Shown one piece after another: positions 1 through 11,959 of a DNA stretch of 64,000 nt (position 1 is the first letter of the stretch; every line of letters begins with the position of its first letter). The DNA comes from Anthoceros angustus (Eukaryota > Plantae > Anthocerotophyta): contig MU008219.1 in NCBI GenBank assembly GCA_010909165.1, positions 124,001 to 188,000 on the forward strand, in the 5' to 3' direction. The translations under genes were made by a program, and so were the position numbers. Under the pieces are notes generated by a model that was not told the DNA's origin, made no database searches, and worked only from the letters and a program-made list of their open reading frames with translations.

Positions 1-1
1 C

Positions 2-48
2 TAATTTGGTGGCCCAGTTAATTAACTGGGTTCAGGACCACCAAATTA
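2..48. repeat. Hairpin/palindrome, possibly the centre of a foldback element
   Basis: Perfect 18-bp palindrome CCCAGTTAATTAACTGGG (13-30), nested inside 11-bp inverted repeats TAATTTGGTGG (2-12) / CCACCAAATTA (38-48). Confidence 0.7.
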
Positions 49-2229
49 ACTGAGTTGTCGTTTGAACCCTGGTTTGCCCCTAGGCCACTGAGCTCTGTTG
101 CATATGAACTGGCTTGATGTTCTGTAACTTCTAAAATGACAATAGGTAGCAGGTTCGAATGCAGGTCACCCCTCTGCGAGTGCCATTTATCTACCACCGG
201 ATCACATGAGAATGCACGATTATTGTAACGTCAAATTCTGATCTAAACACAAAATGTAGTCACCAAGCTAGGTGCATACCCCGCTCAGGCCTCTCCCATA
301 ATCCCAGCTGTGAACTACTTAGTTCATGCTCGGGCGCCACCAACTCAATGGTAGGAGCAGATGATCTAGGCGCTGAAGTCGATTGGACGGGATGGGACTC
401 CATTCCCGCAGCTTCATCTTCTGCCATGCCGCTAAAATTTTATCACGGGAATTGGACTCACTCTCCACGCTGTGAAGATGAGGGGTTCGATAATCGCGCC
501 TCGGCCTTGGTCAAGCACTTTTGATCGTCAGCACGATTGCCATCACCACCCATGCGAAGGCGATTTGGCATGGGCTTGATGGTGACGCAATGGCTCCCCT
601 GCCAAAACATGAAAGTACCCACGCCAAAGGCGTTAGTTGCCAGATGCAACCTGGTTCGGGTTGTTATGGCAACTATTGTCTAGATCTGTCACTTGTACGA
701 ACTCATGTGTGTGTGTGGGCCACGGACTCTCCCTTTGGGTAGGAAATGAGTTAGGTTTTGTTTTTTTCGTAGGCCCGGAGTAGAAAATAAGGCGGAAAGG
801 GAGAAATAAGATCGGAGTACTCCCGGACCGTGACCGGAGTAGGGAGGGGCCTGGACCGCCTCTTCAAGAGCACTACCTCCGAGTGGATGGGCTGCATCGC
901 ACTCGAGCGATCAGTAAGTCCGGACTATACTCCGGATCGGGACCTGGCACGCCAAGTAAAGTAACTTAGGATCTGGGCATTTTAGCGCACGGGCCAGGAC
1001 CTGCTTCTAAGAGGTGAGCAGGCATGCTGGACCAGACCGTGGGGTTGCCGCGGCCGTTAGGCGGTATTCACGCCCGCAAAGGCGCCAACAGGTGGTGGTA
1101 GGTTCCCGGACCCCCCTAACCTCATTGAAGGCCACACTTATCCCACTGCCAGTTCGTGCAGTGAGGTTTCGCTCCCACGAGTGGGGAGCCTTCCTCGCAC
1201 CTGGATGGAGGTGCGCCCGATCGACCTCTCGACTTATCGACTCTCGCGACGCCGCCGAATCGCCCCCATCAAGGCCCTACCCGGGTGACCCACACTAGGT
1301 AAGTCACACTACCCTACGCCGCGATGACTGGCAAGTGCGATCTACGCCGCGAGAGAGGCACCGCTTGAAGCTGCCACCATGGGGACCCCCCAAATCACCG
1401 TGTGTTTTAGCGTTAAGCTTCTCGTGCTTGTGTGCTTTAGCTTAAAGCTTCTTGCGTGTGTGTGCTTGACTGCTTCAATAAGCACTGCTGCCTTAAAGTT
1501 TCTTGTGTGCTGTACATTTAAGCCTCTTGTGCTTGTTGCTCAGCTTATTTTAACAACCGCATGGTAAACTACTTTCTACCACAGCGTTGTTGCATGTCTT
1601 CTTGAAGGAAACCTTGAATTGCGGTGCTAAGTTGATCCAGTATCAGTCGCATACAGTGCTGACAACCATTTACTACTTATATTAGCCTTGAATCAATAAG
1701 CCTCTTGTAGCCATGGGCATAATCGTTTCCCGAATGATTTAACAATCATGAAGCAACACACGAGTGTTTCAAGCGTGCGGCTTGCCTGTCAAAGACTCTG
1801 TTTTAGAGTGGTCACATTGAACAAGTTGCCTCTGAAACACGGAAGGGACAAACTTTATCCCTTTATAGAGATGGGGTTTAATTCAACTTCTTTCTTTATT
1901 AGAATATTGTTTTTTTAGATGGTGTACACTTGATTTACTCTTAGACATGTATTTTCGCATCCCGCGAAAGGCTTGGTCTTGTTCGTATCCCTATTGCTGC
2001 TCATGTGACGTGCTAGCGTGTGTAATTCTCATTCGACTGGCAGAGCCTACACAAAAACGTACGTTACAGCGCTTAGCCTTTAGAATGTCCAAGCATCAGT
2101 AGTAAGAGGACTAAAGGTAGAAGAACAAAGCGACTCCTTGGGCTTATAAAAGAAAGGAGCTTGAAGAAGTACGAGTACGCAAATTATGTTGGAAAAAACA
2201 GTTGCTATGAGCCATACCTGATGCATACT

Positions 2230-2564
2230 TATGAAGACGCAACTAGCCTCTGCTGGTATTCAACCTTGAATCCAGACGGCCCATGACAGTTGCACCTTGC
2301 ACCACAGGTAAATGCACGGCAGATGCATAGTCTTTGCAATTCTTTTGGTTGTGGATGGATACACGGGTGCCGCAGTCGACTTCGGTGATCCGCACAGCAC
2401 CTTGGTTGATAAATGTCTGACAGGTATTCCCACTCACGTGGAACGTGTTGGTAGGAAATTGGTCGCAATTGGCCGAGTTGAATGTCTCAATCTTTACCGC
2501 GTCGATCATGGTTCTTTGAAAATAGTGAATCTGAGCGTTAACGGACGAGACGAAACTTAGCCAT
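2230..2564 (-). pseudogene. Probable pseudogene of a small Cys-rich secreted protein (MiAMP1/beta-barrelin-like)
   Basis: One frame reads DA-VKIETFNSANCDQFPTNTFHVSGNTCQTFINQGAVRITEVDCGTRVSIHNQKNC. The Cys spacing and NQxxC motif resemble MiAMP1 as I recall it. The ATG at 2564 (MAKFRLV) is out of frame and the C-terminus looks frameshifted. Confidence 0.4.
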
Positions 2565-2599
2565 AGTTCTTTGAAGTGTAAGACACACGTTGGCAATTC

Positions 2600-2830
2600 A
2601 GTTGAAAGTGGGGTTATCGAGCTCACAAGTAAATAATACTTCTCAGAGCATAAACACAAAACTTTGGGCTGTATATACAAGCAATACAAAGTCCTTGTAA
2701 CCTATATATACTAGAGCGACTAAGTTACAAATAGTAGTTTTTATTCACTAGAAATAATAGTTTATATTTCTTCTAACAATTTTTATTTGCTCGTAAGAGT
2801 AATTTCTATTTCTTTCAACATCCTCCCCTT
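2600..2830 (-). mobile_element. Short LTR remnant (about 220 bp) with adjacent polypurine tract
   Basis: Inverted termini (a)GTTGAAAG at 2600 and CTTTCAACA at 2820. On the minus strand a purine tract AAGGGGAGGA (2830-2821) directly precedes TGTTGAAAG. Confidence 0.6.
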
Positions 2831-3666
2831 TAATGCGAGTCATAATCAAGTGATTAAATAGTATTTTCTCTCAAAAGATGAAGCAAACCTAGCGACTGTA
2901 AAATCCCAGCAGGACAAAGCCATACTCAGGAAACAAGACGCTGTTTTACGCACAACCTCGAACCTCCATCATAAAAAATAAAACGGGCTAGGGCTTCGGG
3001 TTACTTAGACACAAGACTTGCCTAGTGAGAAACCTGAATTCAAACCTCGAACCGAGGCGAATCACTCTCCAAGGTGGGGATGGCATTCTCCTCGACCACA
3101 ATCCGCAATCGGTTACAGCTCAAACCAGAACCCACAGCTACTCCTCGGTACCCCAACCTAGGGCTTCAGATTCAGTGATGCGACCGCCTTGTTAGATTCC
3201 ATTCGACGGTTCAACACTTCTCCAGTCCAAATTTGCTGCGAATCAATCCGGTGTAGTTTGCACACTGAGTGGATAAACGCAGTTTCCAAAATGTTTGCGG
3301 TGAGCTTTCTGCTACAACTCTTTTGCAGATTCAACAACTGGTAGACGGGGACCTCATCTCCAAGCCACTGGCTTTATTGGAGAGCACAATCCGTCGTATC
3401 TGCTCTCCTGCAAGAACATGTGTTCTTCGCAGACGATGAGTCATTCTTTATCCCGGAATTTGCTGTGGGACTCGATTTCTAGAGCTTACATAGAAGATTA
3501 TAATTTATAGCCCTTTTTTAGCTTTATAAATCAATCCTGATTCCACGGAAACACAAAGGCTTTCCTTAACAAACGTAGGCTGTGTGCAAGAAGAGTTCCA
3601 GATGTTCACAACTTTTGTCATGACACATGACAGATGCTTTACAGAATTTGCCAGCGTCGATTTACT

Positions 3667-4656
3667 TCAACCAACACGAACTTGAGCGCTGATGAGGCTG
3701 ACTGCGCCGTTGTATCGGCAGGTGCTGAGGCTGAGCAGATCGGTGATGGCGTCCAGGTTGAGCCTGAGGCCCACGGCAAGCGCGTTGCCCCATTCTTGAG
3801 TGTGGCCGCTGCTGGTGCCGATTTTGATGTAGAGCAGTGGGCCCTGTCCGTTGTCACCGAAAATGCAGTCCAGGAGCGTCACTTTCTCCAGGACTCCCAC
3901 CACTTGACCGAGCAGGCCGGCAACCAATCCCTGGTTCAGCTTCAAGCTCTGCAATTCCACAGCTTGCAAGAAGCTCACGTGAGAACATCACAAGGACATG
4001 ACGAACTGCAGACAATGAAATGGAGCGTTTGCTGGGTTGGGAGGTTTGGCACTGACGACGTAGGCGCCGAGGTTGAGGAGGCTGCAGTCGGTACTGGGAT
4101 GGAGCGGCAGATCCACGAACGCTTTCAGCAGCGAGTTGCCCTTGAACAGGCTGACGTCGGCCCAGAGGAGGTCGATGCACGCAATGCTGAGGTCGGCGTT
4201 CACGTACACCCTGATCTCTCCCAACACGGCCTGCACCAGGCCCAGCAGGCCGTCGCCGTAGACCACCTCGCCCGGATGGTGAGATCCCCAGGTCACAGTC
4301 TGTGTAGTCGACAGCAGCTTCCGGTTGTTGCTCTGTACAGTGTGCACCCACTGAATATCAAAGCCCAGCTAGAATGCTGCAGGGAGATTTTACATCACCA
4401 TCTACATTCTACAGTTCAAGGTAATGGATCACATGTACAAACCTGGTAGGATGAAGCTTGAGCCACATTTGCAACAGACGAGCCGAAAATCTGTAGGAAC
4501 ATATGCAATGCAAGCGGATACTGTCAGCAGCCTATTCCTTGGCAACCCGATGAAACAGTAAGTTGTGCAGCAGCCTGCCAACGGCAATTGATGCACAAGG
4601 ATCGATACGGGTCTCACAGCAAGGATCATCAACAGGGCGGCAGTCTTGGAAGCCAT
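3667..4656 (-). CDS. Secreted, divergent jacalin-like lectin-domain protein (multi-exon)
   Basis: Exon 1 MASKTAALLMILA ends at a GTGAGA donor (4617) and the next exon adds AAAQLTVSS, giving a signal peptide. Later exons read SNNRKLL-STTQTVTWGSHHPG...GEIRVYV..IACIDLLWAD and SLKLNQG..EKVTLLDCIFG..LLYIKIGTSSGHTQEWG...AVSLISAQVRVG*, which follows the jacalin strand pattern. Middle exon boundaries are uncertain. Confidence 0.65.
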
Positions 4657-5440
4657 TCTTGGAAGGTCGGACTCCGAAGGACAGGACGAGCCTATAAAAT
4701 CCTTGTAGGAGGAGTTGACCAGAGGAATGAGGGAACTGGGTTGAGGAGCACAATGTATGCGATGCTGGACAAACTGTTAGGCTTGGGAGGTTTTATAGTG
4801 TTGCAAGCGTTGAAAGATATCCCATGCAAGAGTGGATGAGTCAGAATTGCGGCAGCTCTACTCCACTGGCTTCTTTCTCCTTGCCGCGTGTACCATCGTT
4901 TGGCAGACTGCTATAGGATGATGGGATCCTTGCGACCTCAACAGCTTCCGCTATCCCATATTTGGCACTTGCTACAGTCCGGTCGAGACTCGAGGCTGTT
5001 GCCGTTACAGCCCGTGGACATCTGTGTCGAAGCTTATCTTTAAGGTTGTCACACTTCCCAAAGTGTTCACAGGATCACCGAGTTGCTCCTTCTGCCATCA
5101 AATAACAAGCTTCCACGATGTCTGTCTCGATCGGAACGCGACTTCCTGGGAGCCCCACCAGCCACTTTTATTACAGAAGGGTTTTGAGCGCTTTATGCAC
5201 TAGCTGCCTTCGTATTGGAGGTTTTTGAGCCCATCTAGCTTGGCAACAGTCACCAGCCGCTTTCTTTATGAGACCATCCATCTCGGGACAGCTTGGAAGA
5301 CAGGCACTTTCGGATTCGCATAACGATAGATTATATCTAAGAACGATTTTCGAGGAGTCATGGTGATCCCGCCTACACCAAACCGGTGTGAACGAAAGAT
5401 CACCAGGAGGTGTGCATTGGTAATGTACATGCGAGGTAAC

Positions 5441-8109
5441 CTATTGAGTTTTCCTTTTGGTCCTCTCAATGGCTTCCAACCTTTCTACCAGGGGTGGATG
5501 GGAGTAATGATAGGCTGAGTACCAAGGATCGGTGTTCATGGCCGACAAATTCTCCTCCTGCGAGAAAAACACCGAAGGCAAATAAGGGATCCGATCATGT
5601 GCATCACTGACATACCGAAGTAGGGAGGGTTGGGAACTGTGCACAAGTACCTGTAGTTTGATCAGGCCTCCACACAACGGGGTGGCATATCCGAGCCCGG
5701 ATGCGAATGCATCAGCCTAAGACAAACCATGCTTCATGTGATCAGACATGCAAGTGAAACAATATTGCCCAAATAAAAGAAAAACTGCAAGGTTGTTACC
5801 TGGAATTCAAAGGCTCGGCTTACAAGATTAAGAGCAAAGCTCACTAGATGGTGAATGGGCATGATGGTGTGCTGCAAACATTCAGACAACCATGAATCAG
5901 AAAAGGGCAGTGCCCGGGCGGCCGGGTCAACATTGAGAAATATGCCTGGAAAGTATCAAGATAGTAGGGCAAAACAAGAGCATAACGGTCAAGACGGATT
6001 AACCTGGAAAAGTATCAATCCAATCAAGACTGGCTGAGAGGTGAATCCAAAACTGCGGAATAAGTCTGTTGAGCTCCGTACCAATGTATAGCCACCAAAC
6101 TGCAGCAGTGTCAACACCTGCCAGAAGGAGAGATGGTAAGAGATGGGAGCATTTCACGCTCTCAAATAGGTTCAAACAGGCCAGAGTATCAGATTGGCTA
6201 TGGTTACCTGCATCGCGAGGAAGGAGTACATCGTATGATTCAGTTTCCAATGACCCAACTCGTGTGCAATCACTGCCACGACCTCCTCCTCATTTTTACA
6301 CTGCGCAGAGAAACCAGGGGCCTCAGCATAGACCAGGCACACCAAGGTAAAAGAGACCACCGATTAAGGCTGGGCTACTCTTTTGCTACGTGCACGGGGA
6401 TTCAATTTTACTTGAACTAGTATCACCTGTGAGATGAGTGTATCATAGAGAACAATCCGTTTGCTGTTGAAGAATCCGTACATATACGCCTGTAGGCATT
6501 CAAGATATCATGAGCACTGCATGGGTCAAGCAGGGGACAAACACAAGAAAAGAAATGACAGCTTTTCAGGTTAGGAACCAGTCTACACACATTGCTGTGG
6601 CTAGATCTTGTTGACCCATCAATGACAAAGAGTTTCTTCAGAGGAAATTTCAACGAAGCTGCTAGCTTCTCAATCTTTGTGCGTAAATCTCCAGCTGGTA
6701 GCTGTGACAGAGCAAAAGTCAACACACTACACTACAAATAACACGACTTCATATGGGCAGAAACACACGAAGACAGAGACAGGCTTACTCACAGGTGTAA
6801 ATTTGTTGAAGAGAGGAGCAATAAGGACAGGATAAACTGTCATCAAAACCAATGATAGGACCAACATAAAACCCCAGAGATAGATTGCCAGGAAGGGTCC
6901 GCCAACCTGCAAGAAGAGGCATATAATCATCCACCGCCTCCATTTGAATGTCAAGACATGGAAAAACCACCCTACAAGTGGTTTTTCCATTGCGTTGAGG
7001 AATATACCTGGACAAGGCTGATGATTGCTGCCACAATAGGGGGGCCAAATAGAACCATCAAACCCAACCCCACAAGCATATCTTTAATGAACAACCAGAT
7101 TGTTTGCTGTCACAGGTCAATCGTTAGAAAATCAGCACCAGCACTCTGGCACCATGACTTCCTCACAGTTATCAAATTCACTGAAACGCATGGAAACGCT
7201 GGGCAAAAGTCACCTTGTTAAAGCCATGTCTTGCCTCTATTACAAAGGTGGAGTAAAGGGAGAAGGGTAGCTCCACTATCTGCACGCAGGACCCACATCA
7301 AGCGACCACATCCGTCACTCTGTAGAATAGAAATGACAAGTGAAACCTTGATTTGAAAAAAACGAAAAAGCAGGAAGAGCTGACGACCTGCGTCCAGACA
7401 CTCGTGGCTGCAAGAAACACCAACGTGTGCACAATCTCATTCCTTGACGAAAAGCCCAGATTTTCAGTCAAAGCCTCAGTGACCTGAACCAACACACACA
7501 CCGGGTGCTAAAGTGAGTAAGACACTATCAACCACAGAATTGCATCAGGATGTCTTGCAGGCCAAGTTTGAGAGAGCACCGTCCACAACCATGGAAGCAC
7601 TCCCAACAGCAGGATGGCTGATTCTTCAACGATGTTAACAGCAGCGTGTACAAAATGGAAGCGGCTGCAGTGATCATACAACACAATTTCAACTGTCACA
7701 ACAAAGAAACTTCCCCAAAAAAACCCTAATTCAATGCCCCTGCTTGCACCATACCTCTTGTCCAGGCTGTAAGCTCTCGCCTTCTCAAACTTCTCCTGGC
7801 TCACGACACCCTTCAAGGGGGCTGGCAGGGTGGGCAACTTCAGTGCCTTGTATTGCCGTAGATCCAAGTACGTCTCGAACACATACATGAAGATCATAAA
7901 CCCTGCAAGAAAAAAAGTCACACTGTCAGTTCCCAACCATTCCACTCTCAGGAACGACGACAGCAGCAACAAGAACCAATTGGGCTCGAGGAAAAGCGTG
8001 AGGAATTGGGATCGGGGCAGCGAGACGCGAATCCGGATTGCGTACCTACAACAGCTTCCAGATACGGGAACACACCCGTATCTGTCTTGTGCAGCACGAA
8101 CACCACCAT
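5441..8109 (-). CDS. STE24: CAAX prenyl protease 1 (peptidase M48 zinc metalloprotease), multi-exon
   Basis: Spliced motifs FPYLEAVVG-FMIFMYVFETYLDLRQ, FVIDGSTRSSHSN, VIAHELGHW (HExxH), EFQ-ADAFA and ENLSAMNTDPWYSAYHYSHPPLVERL, with GT-AG introns. Stop at 5443-5441. Confidence 0.95.
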
Positions 8110-8498
8110 GGCGGCGTGGCGGGAAGATGCAGCATGCACGATGGAAGGAAGTAAAGCAAGGCGAGGCGCAGTGTGTATTCTAGATCAAGATGGGCAGTAG
8201 GGCTGGGTCTGAGCGGTGGCTATGGCGAGCAATGCCCTACATGCACAGGGAAACGACAAGGACGAAAGCAATGTTGGCTGACTTCATTTTCGCCTTCATC
8301 TGATGACCGGTGGAAGGAACTAGGGCGAGTCACGCCTGCGGCAGCAGCGTACTTGGACCTGGTCGAATTTGTATGTAGTGGAATAATGTCGGGCCCGAGA
8401 TGTTTGCAGCGGACCAGCCCCATGGGAAGAAGCGGCCGGGACCGGCGCGGCGCCAGCTCCAAGCTGCTGTGACTGCGGCGCCGGCGCCGGCGCGGGAG

Positions 8499-9185
8499 AT
8501 GGCGGGTTCCAGGAAGCCGCCGGCTCTTCTGCTGGTCCTGCTGTGCTGCACAATTGCGGTGGCTTGCGGAGCGCCTGTGGATGTTGGAGGCGGGGAGAAG
8601 GATCGGGGGGAGAAGGACGCGGTGTACAAGGAGAAGCAAGGGAACAGCACGTACCAGTGCGCGCCCGCGGGGCTTTGCCTTCCCTGCACCTCTTCCGAGA
8701 AGAACGACGACACTTACGCTTGCAGCAGGACGAGCTACCACCAGTCGTGGAAGTGCACCGAGATCCTGTCCTCTAAGGTGCGGAGCAAGAGCGAGGGAGC
8801 CAAGGAACGGGGCCGGAGCAGGTCGGGCAAGAACGAGGCTGAGGATGAGGCCGGGAAGGGGGAACCGGGACGCAGGAGGCAGCTGATGCAAGAAGAGGTG
8901 CCAAGCCTCTGGACAGGAGGCCAGCTTGAGCACAGATCAGCACGGGAGCGGGAGCGGGTGAGGGAGAAGGAGAGCTTGTCTGCAGATCCGGCCAAGCCTG
9001 CTGGATACTATGTCTTCAAGAGCTGCATACCTGCTGGCGACGAGGAGAGGCTGAGTGTGCTCGGGTTCGAGATGATGATGCTGGCTCTGCTTGCTGTCTG
9101 TGGCCCTTTCGTGCACTACAGAAAGAAGAAGCAATTCTCTGCGGCCGCCAGATCTTCACCTGTGCCTTCAAATTCACGCTTCTGA
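8499..9185 (+). CDS. Single-pass membrane protein with a JTB-like Cys-rich ectodomain
   Basis: Intronless ORF: signal peptide (ALLLVLLCCTIAVACG), Cys pattern CAPAGLCLPC..EK...YACSRTSY...KC...KSC, C-terminal TM helix (VLGFEMMMLALLAVCGPFV) and basic tail RKKK. Confidence 0.8.
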   Translation: MAGSRKPPALLLVLLCCTIAVACGAPVDVGGGEKDRGEKDAVYKEKQGNSTYQCAPAGLCLPCTSSEKNDDTYACSRTSYHQSWKCTEILSSKVRSKSEGAKERGRSRSGKNEAEDEAGKGEPGRRRQLMQEEVPSLWTGGQLEHRSARERERVREKESLSADPAKPAGYYVFKSCIPAGDEERLSVLGFEMMMLALLAVCGPFVHYRKKKQFSAAARSSPVPSNSRF

Positions 9186-10156
9186 TTTGAATCTTAGCAA
9201 GCTGACCGATCTGGACGAAGTTGAAGCCAGCATGGTATGGAATGGCATGTTTCCAGTTGCAAAGGTGTGCATGGTGCGCACAGGGCCGCCTGCCATCAGT
9301 GCCTCTTGTTTTCCACTGCGACATTCTTCAAGGTTCCACCGGAGCTCAATCGGGGGCGGCTGGCTTGGCTTGGCTTGCAGTATTGCAGCTATCATCAAAC
9401 ATTCTTTCCTGGCCATACTCCATGTGCTGCAATGTCCTTTTGCTGTGCTGTCCCAACGAGCCGGTGGAACGCAATTGGACTCCTTGTAGATTTTAATCCA
9501 GACTCTCCAGTCCGTGAATGTTTTCTGTGTCGCAGATGCATCCTGAGCCCACAGCCTTTGTTGGCTCAGGCTCGTACATTTTTCTGTATCCAGCTGTTAC
9601 ATATTCACATAGTATCTGCTTTATGAAGTGGTGGACTTCCTTGTGTAGTGGCGACATCCTCACCTATAGCGTGCTAAACAACAACGATCAAGAATCCGGA
9701 CTCAGAAACGTAAGGTTGCCTTCTATTCCTGTCAAATATCGGCTTGCATGGAATCCAAAGGGGAAAGAAAGCAAGAAAGCAGGGACAGAGAAAGAGCATG
9801 GGACAGATCAAGATGTAGCAGCTGCACAACAACGGCAATTCCTCTCCACTTGCTGCTTGCAGGTCGGTGAAATGTGATTTTGGACACACAAAAGAAGACA
9901 AAGCCTGCCTGCCTACATCGAAACCCTGGAGATATGTTGATGGCCGAATTTAGTGACGTGAGCTACAAGGAGGCGAGACCAAGAATGAAGAAGCACAACA
10001 CAAGACAAATTGTGGAAAACAAAACGCAGTAAATTGAGCAGACATCAGGAGCAAACTCCCTGCTGCTGAGACTGAGACTGAAATTTCGTTCTCTGGCCAA
10101 ATCCGGTTACCTTCCTCCCCTTCCCCTCTCTAGTGTACAAGGCGTCCTTGGCTGCC

Positions 10157-10654
10157 TTACTTGGGCACGGTGATGCTCTCCCCGGCCACGATGCTGTCGC
10201 CGGTGATGCCGTTCACAGATCTCAGCGCATCCACAGTGGTGTTGTACTTGGCAGCCAGGCTCCACAGAGTGTCGCCCTTGCTGACCTCGTAAATCTTGGT
10301 GGCCTTGAACTTGTAGATCTTGGACGGCGTTTTCTTCAGAGAAGGAGGCGGGGACGCGGCCGGCGCGTCATCTCCCAGGCTCCCCTCAGGCACCTTCCCC
10401 GCATCCAGCGGCGCGTCACCCGAGTCCGGCAGCCCGAGCTCCAAGCCTAGGCTCTCCTCCTCGATCTTCTTGGGCTTGAAGCTCCTGTAGAGGCTCCAGG
10501 CAATGCCGGAGGCCACCACCGCGCCGGCGGCCAACGCGATGGTCTCATCCTTCTTCTTGCCGGGCTTGTCGGGCTTGCCGCCCGCCGGCTTGACGGGAGG
10601 AGGAGCCGCTGGCCCCTTCTTCGCACCTCCGTTGGCTCCCGCGGGCGCCGACAT
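10157..10654 (-). CDS. Membrane-anchored single-LysM-domain protein
   Basis: Intronless 165-aa ORF with hydrophobic segment TIALAAGAVVASGIAWSLY and C-terminal LysM YEVSKGDTLWSLAAKYNTTVDALRSVNGITGDSIVAGESITVP. Confidence 0.9.
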   Translation of the reverse strand: MSAPAGANGGAKKGPAAPPPVKPAGGKPDKPGKKKDETIALAAGAVVASGIAWSLYRSFKPKKIEEESLGLELGLPDSGDAPLDAGKVPEGSLGDDAPAASPPPSLKKTPSKIYKFKATKIYEVSKGDTLWSLAAKYNTTVDALRSVNGITGDSIVAGESITVPK

Positions 10655-11200
10655 CGCTACCTCCCCTGCCTCGCAGCCTCAGCTCCCGCACTCGCCTCCG
10701 ACCCGTGCAAGCGCAACAACTAAGCCTGCATGGGTGACGGGAATCGGTCCAGGCCAATGCTATGCTCTATGGGCCTACGTGTATGTATCTACGCCCCTCC
10801 ACATACACTACGGGTAACAGCCGGGCGCGTACCTACCTACCTAGAGCCCCTCGTATTATACAATATACACTATACATGGACAATTTATATATATGATAAT
10901 ATATATGAAATAAAAATAAGATAACTTAACTTGTTTTCTATATAAAAATCGGGAAGAGTATAAAGGTTATAAGGTCATGATGCAGTGGCCTTCCTATCTC
11001 GCGAGCCAGCATTTAGTGGAGACTCGAGCCTAATTAATTTTCCTCGGGCATTGATGTGTGCCCGTTGGGACTCATAAGCAGCCTCTCCGAGTAAAGCGAC
11101 CACTGCCACTGTACTAGTGTACCTCGTTTTTTAGGTAGTAGCAATAATGTTGTTGTTCTAATGAAGCAGATGGAAGAGTTTGTGCGACGAAGGATTTATC

Positions 11201-11470
11201 AAGTCTGAAGAAGCTGCTGGTCCTCTCTTGCTCGTCCTATGTGAAAAAGCGTTGAAGACATACAGGAAGGGATTTCTGCATACTATGTAATGATGTCCTT
11301 AAGGACTGCATTGCAGCTCCAGCATCCAGCAAGTCTGAACAAGCTGCTAATCCTCTGTCGCATGTCTTCTGTTGACTATCGTTGGAGGCATACACTTGTG
11401 CTTACAGAAAAATTTCTGCATACTAGGTGACGATGTCCTTGAGAATTGCATCGCATTGAGGCTCCAGCTT
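11201..11470. repeat. Degenerate direct duplication of about 130 bp
   Basis: AAGTCTGAA.AAGCTGCT..TCCTCT...ATTTCTGCATACTA.GT.A.GATGTCCTT...GCTCCAGC occurs at 11201 and at 11331. Confidence 0.65.
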
Positions 11471-11959
11471 TAGCCCCGGCTGAATGAGATGATATCAGCG
11501 AGACAAGATTTGAGGCCACCACTTCAGGATTAGGCTGTTCCAGGAGTTGCCCCAAGTGGACGGCATACTCAGCTAGGTTTCGCAATCTGTCCTTGTCTCC
11601 CTTCGGCAGGCAGTGTCAGGGATGCAATGCGGGCAAAGGTGAGCACCCCGGTGGCCCGATCCAGCAAGCCCACCGTAAGCTGTCAGATGCATACTCATAC
11701 TCAAGTGATGGTGGAGAGTGCCGTGGACAGCAGCTGGAACATACTCCGTGCATGCTTCAATGTCAGCCATATCGCTCTACGCGGTGGCGGCCGCTGGTTT
11801 TGCCTCACCTACTCCAGCAACTGCTTCCAAACAGACCTGGCCACCCGCGCCCCGCTGCCGTGAGCCCCTTGAACCGAACCGGCTATGATCTGGAGGGTGG
11901 CGTCGTCCTCATAAGCTTCCGCAAAAAGTATCGGGACCATACACTGTTCCCGTCACGAC

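Noticed and set aside
3634-4449. 271-aa plus-strand ORF
   Set aside because: Antisense shadow of the spliced minus-strand lectin-like gene; no motifs of its own.
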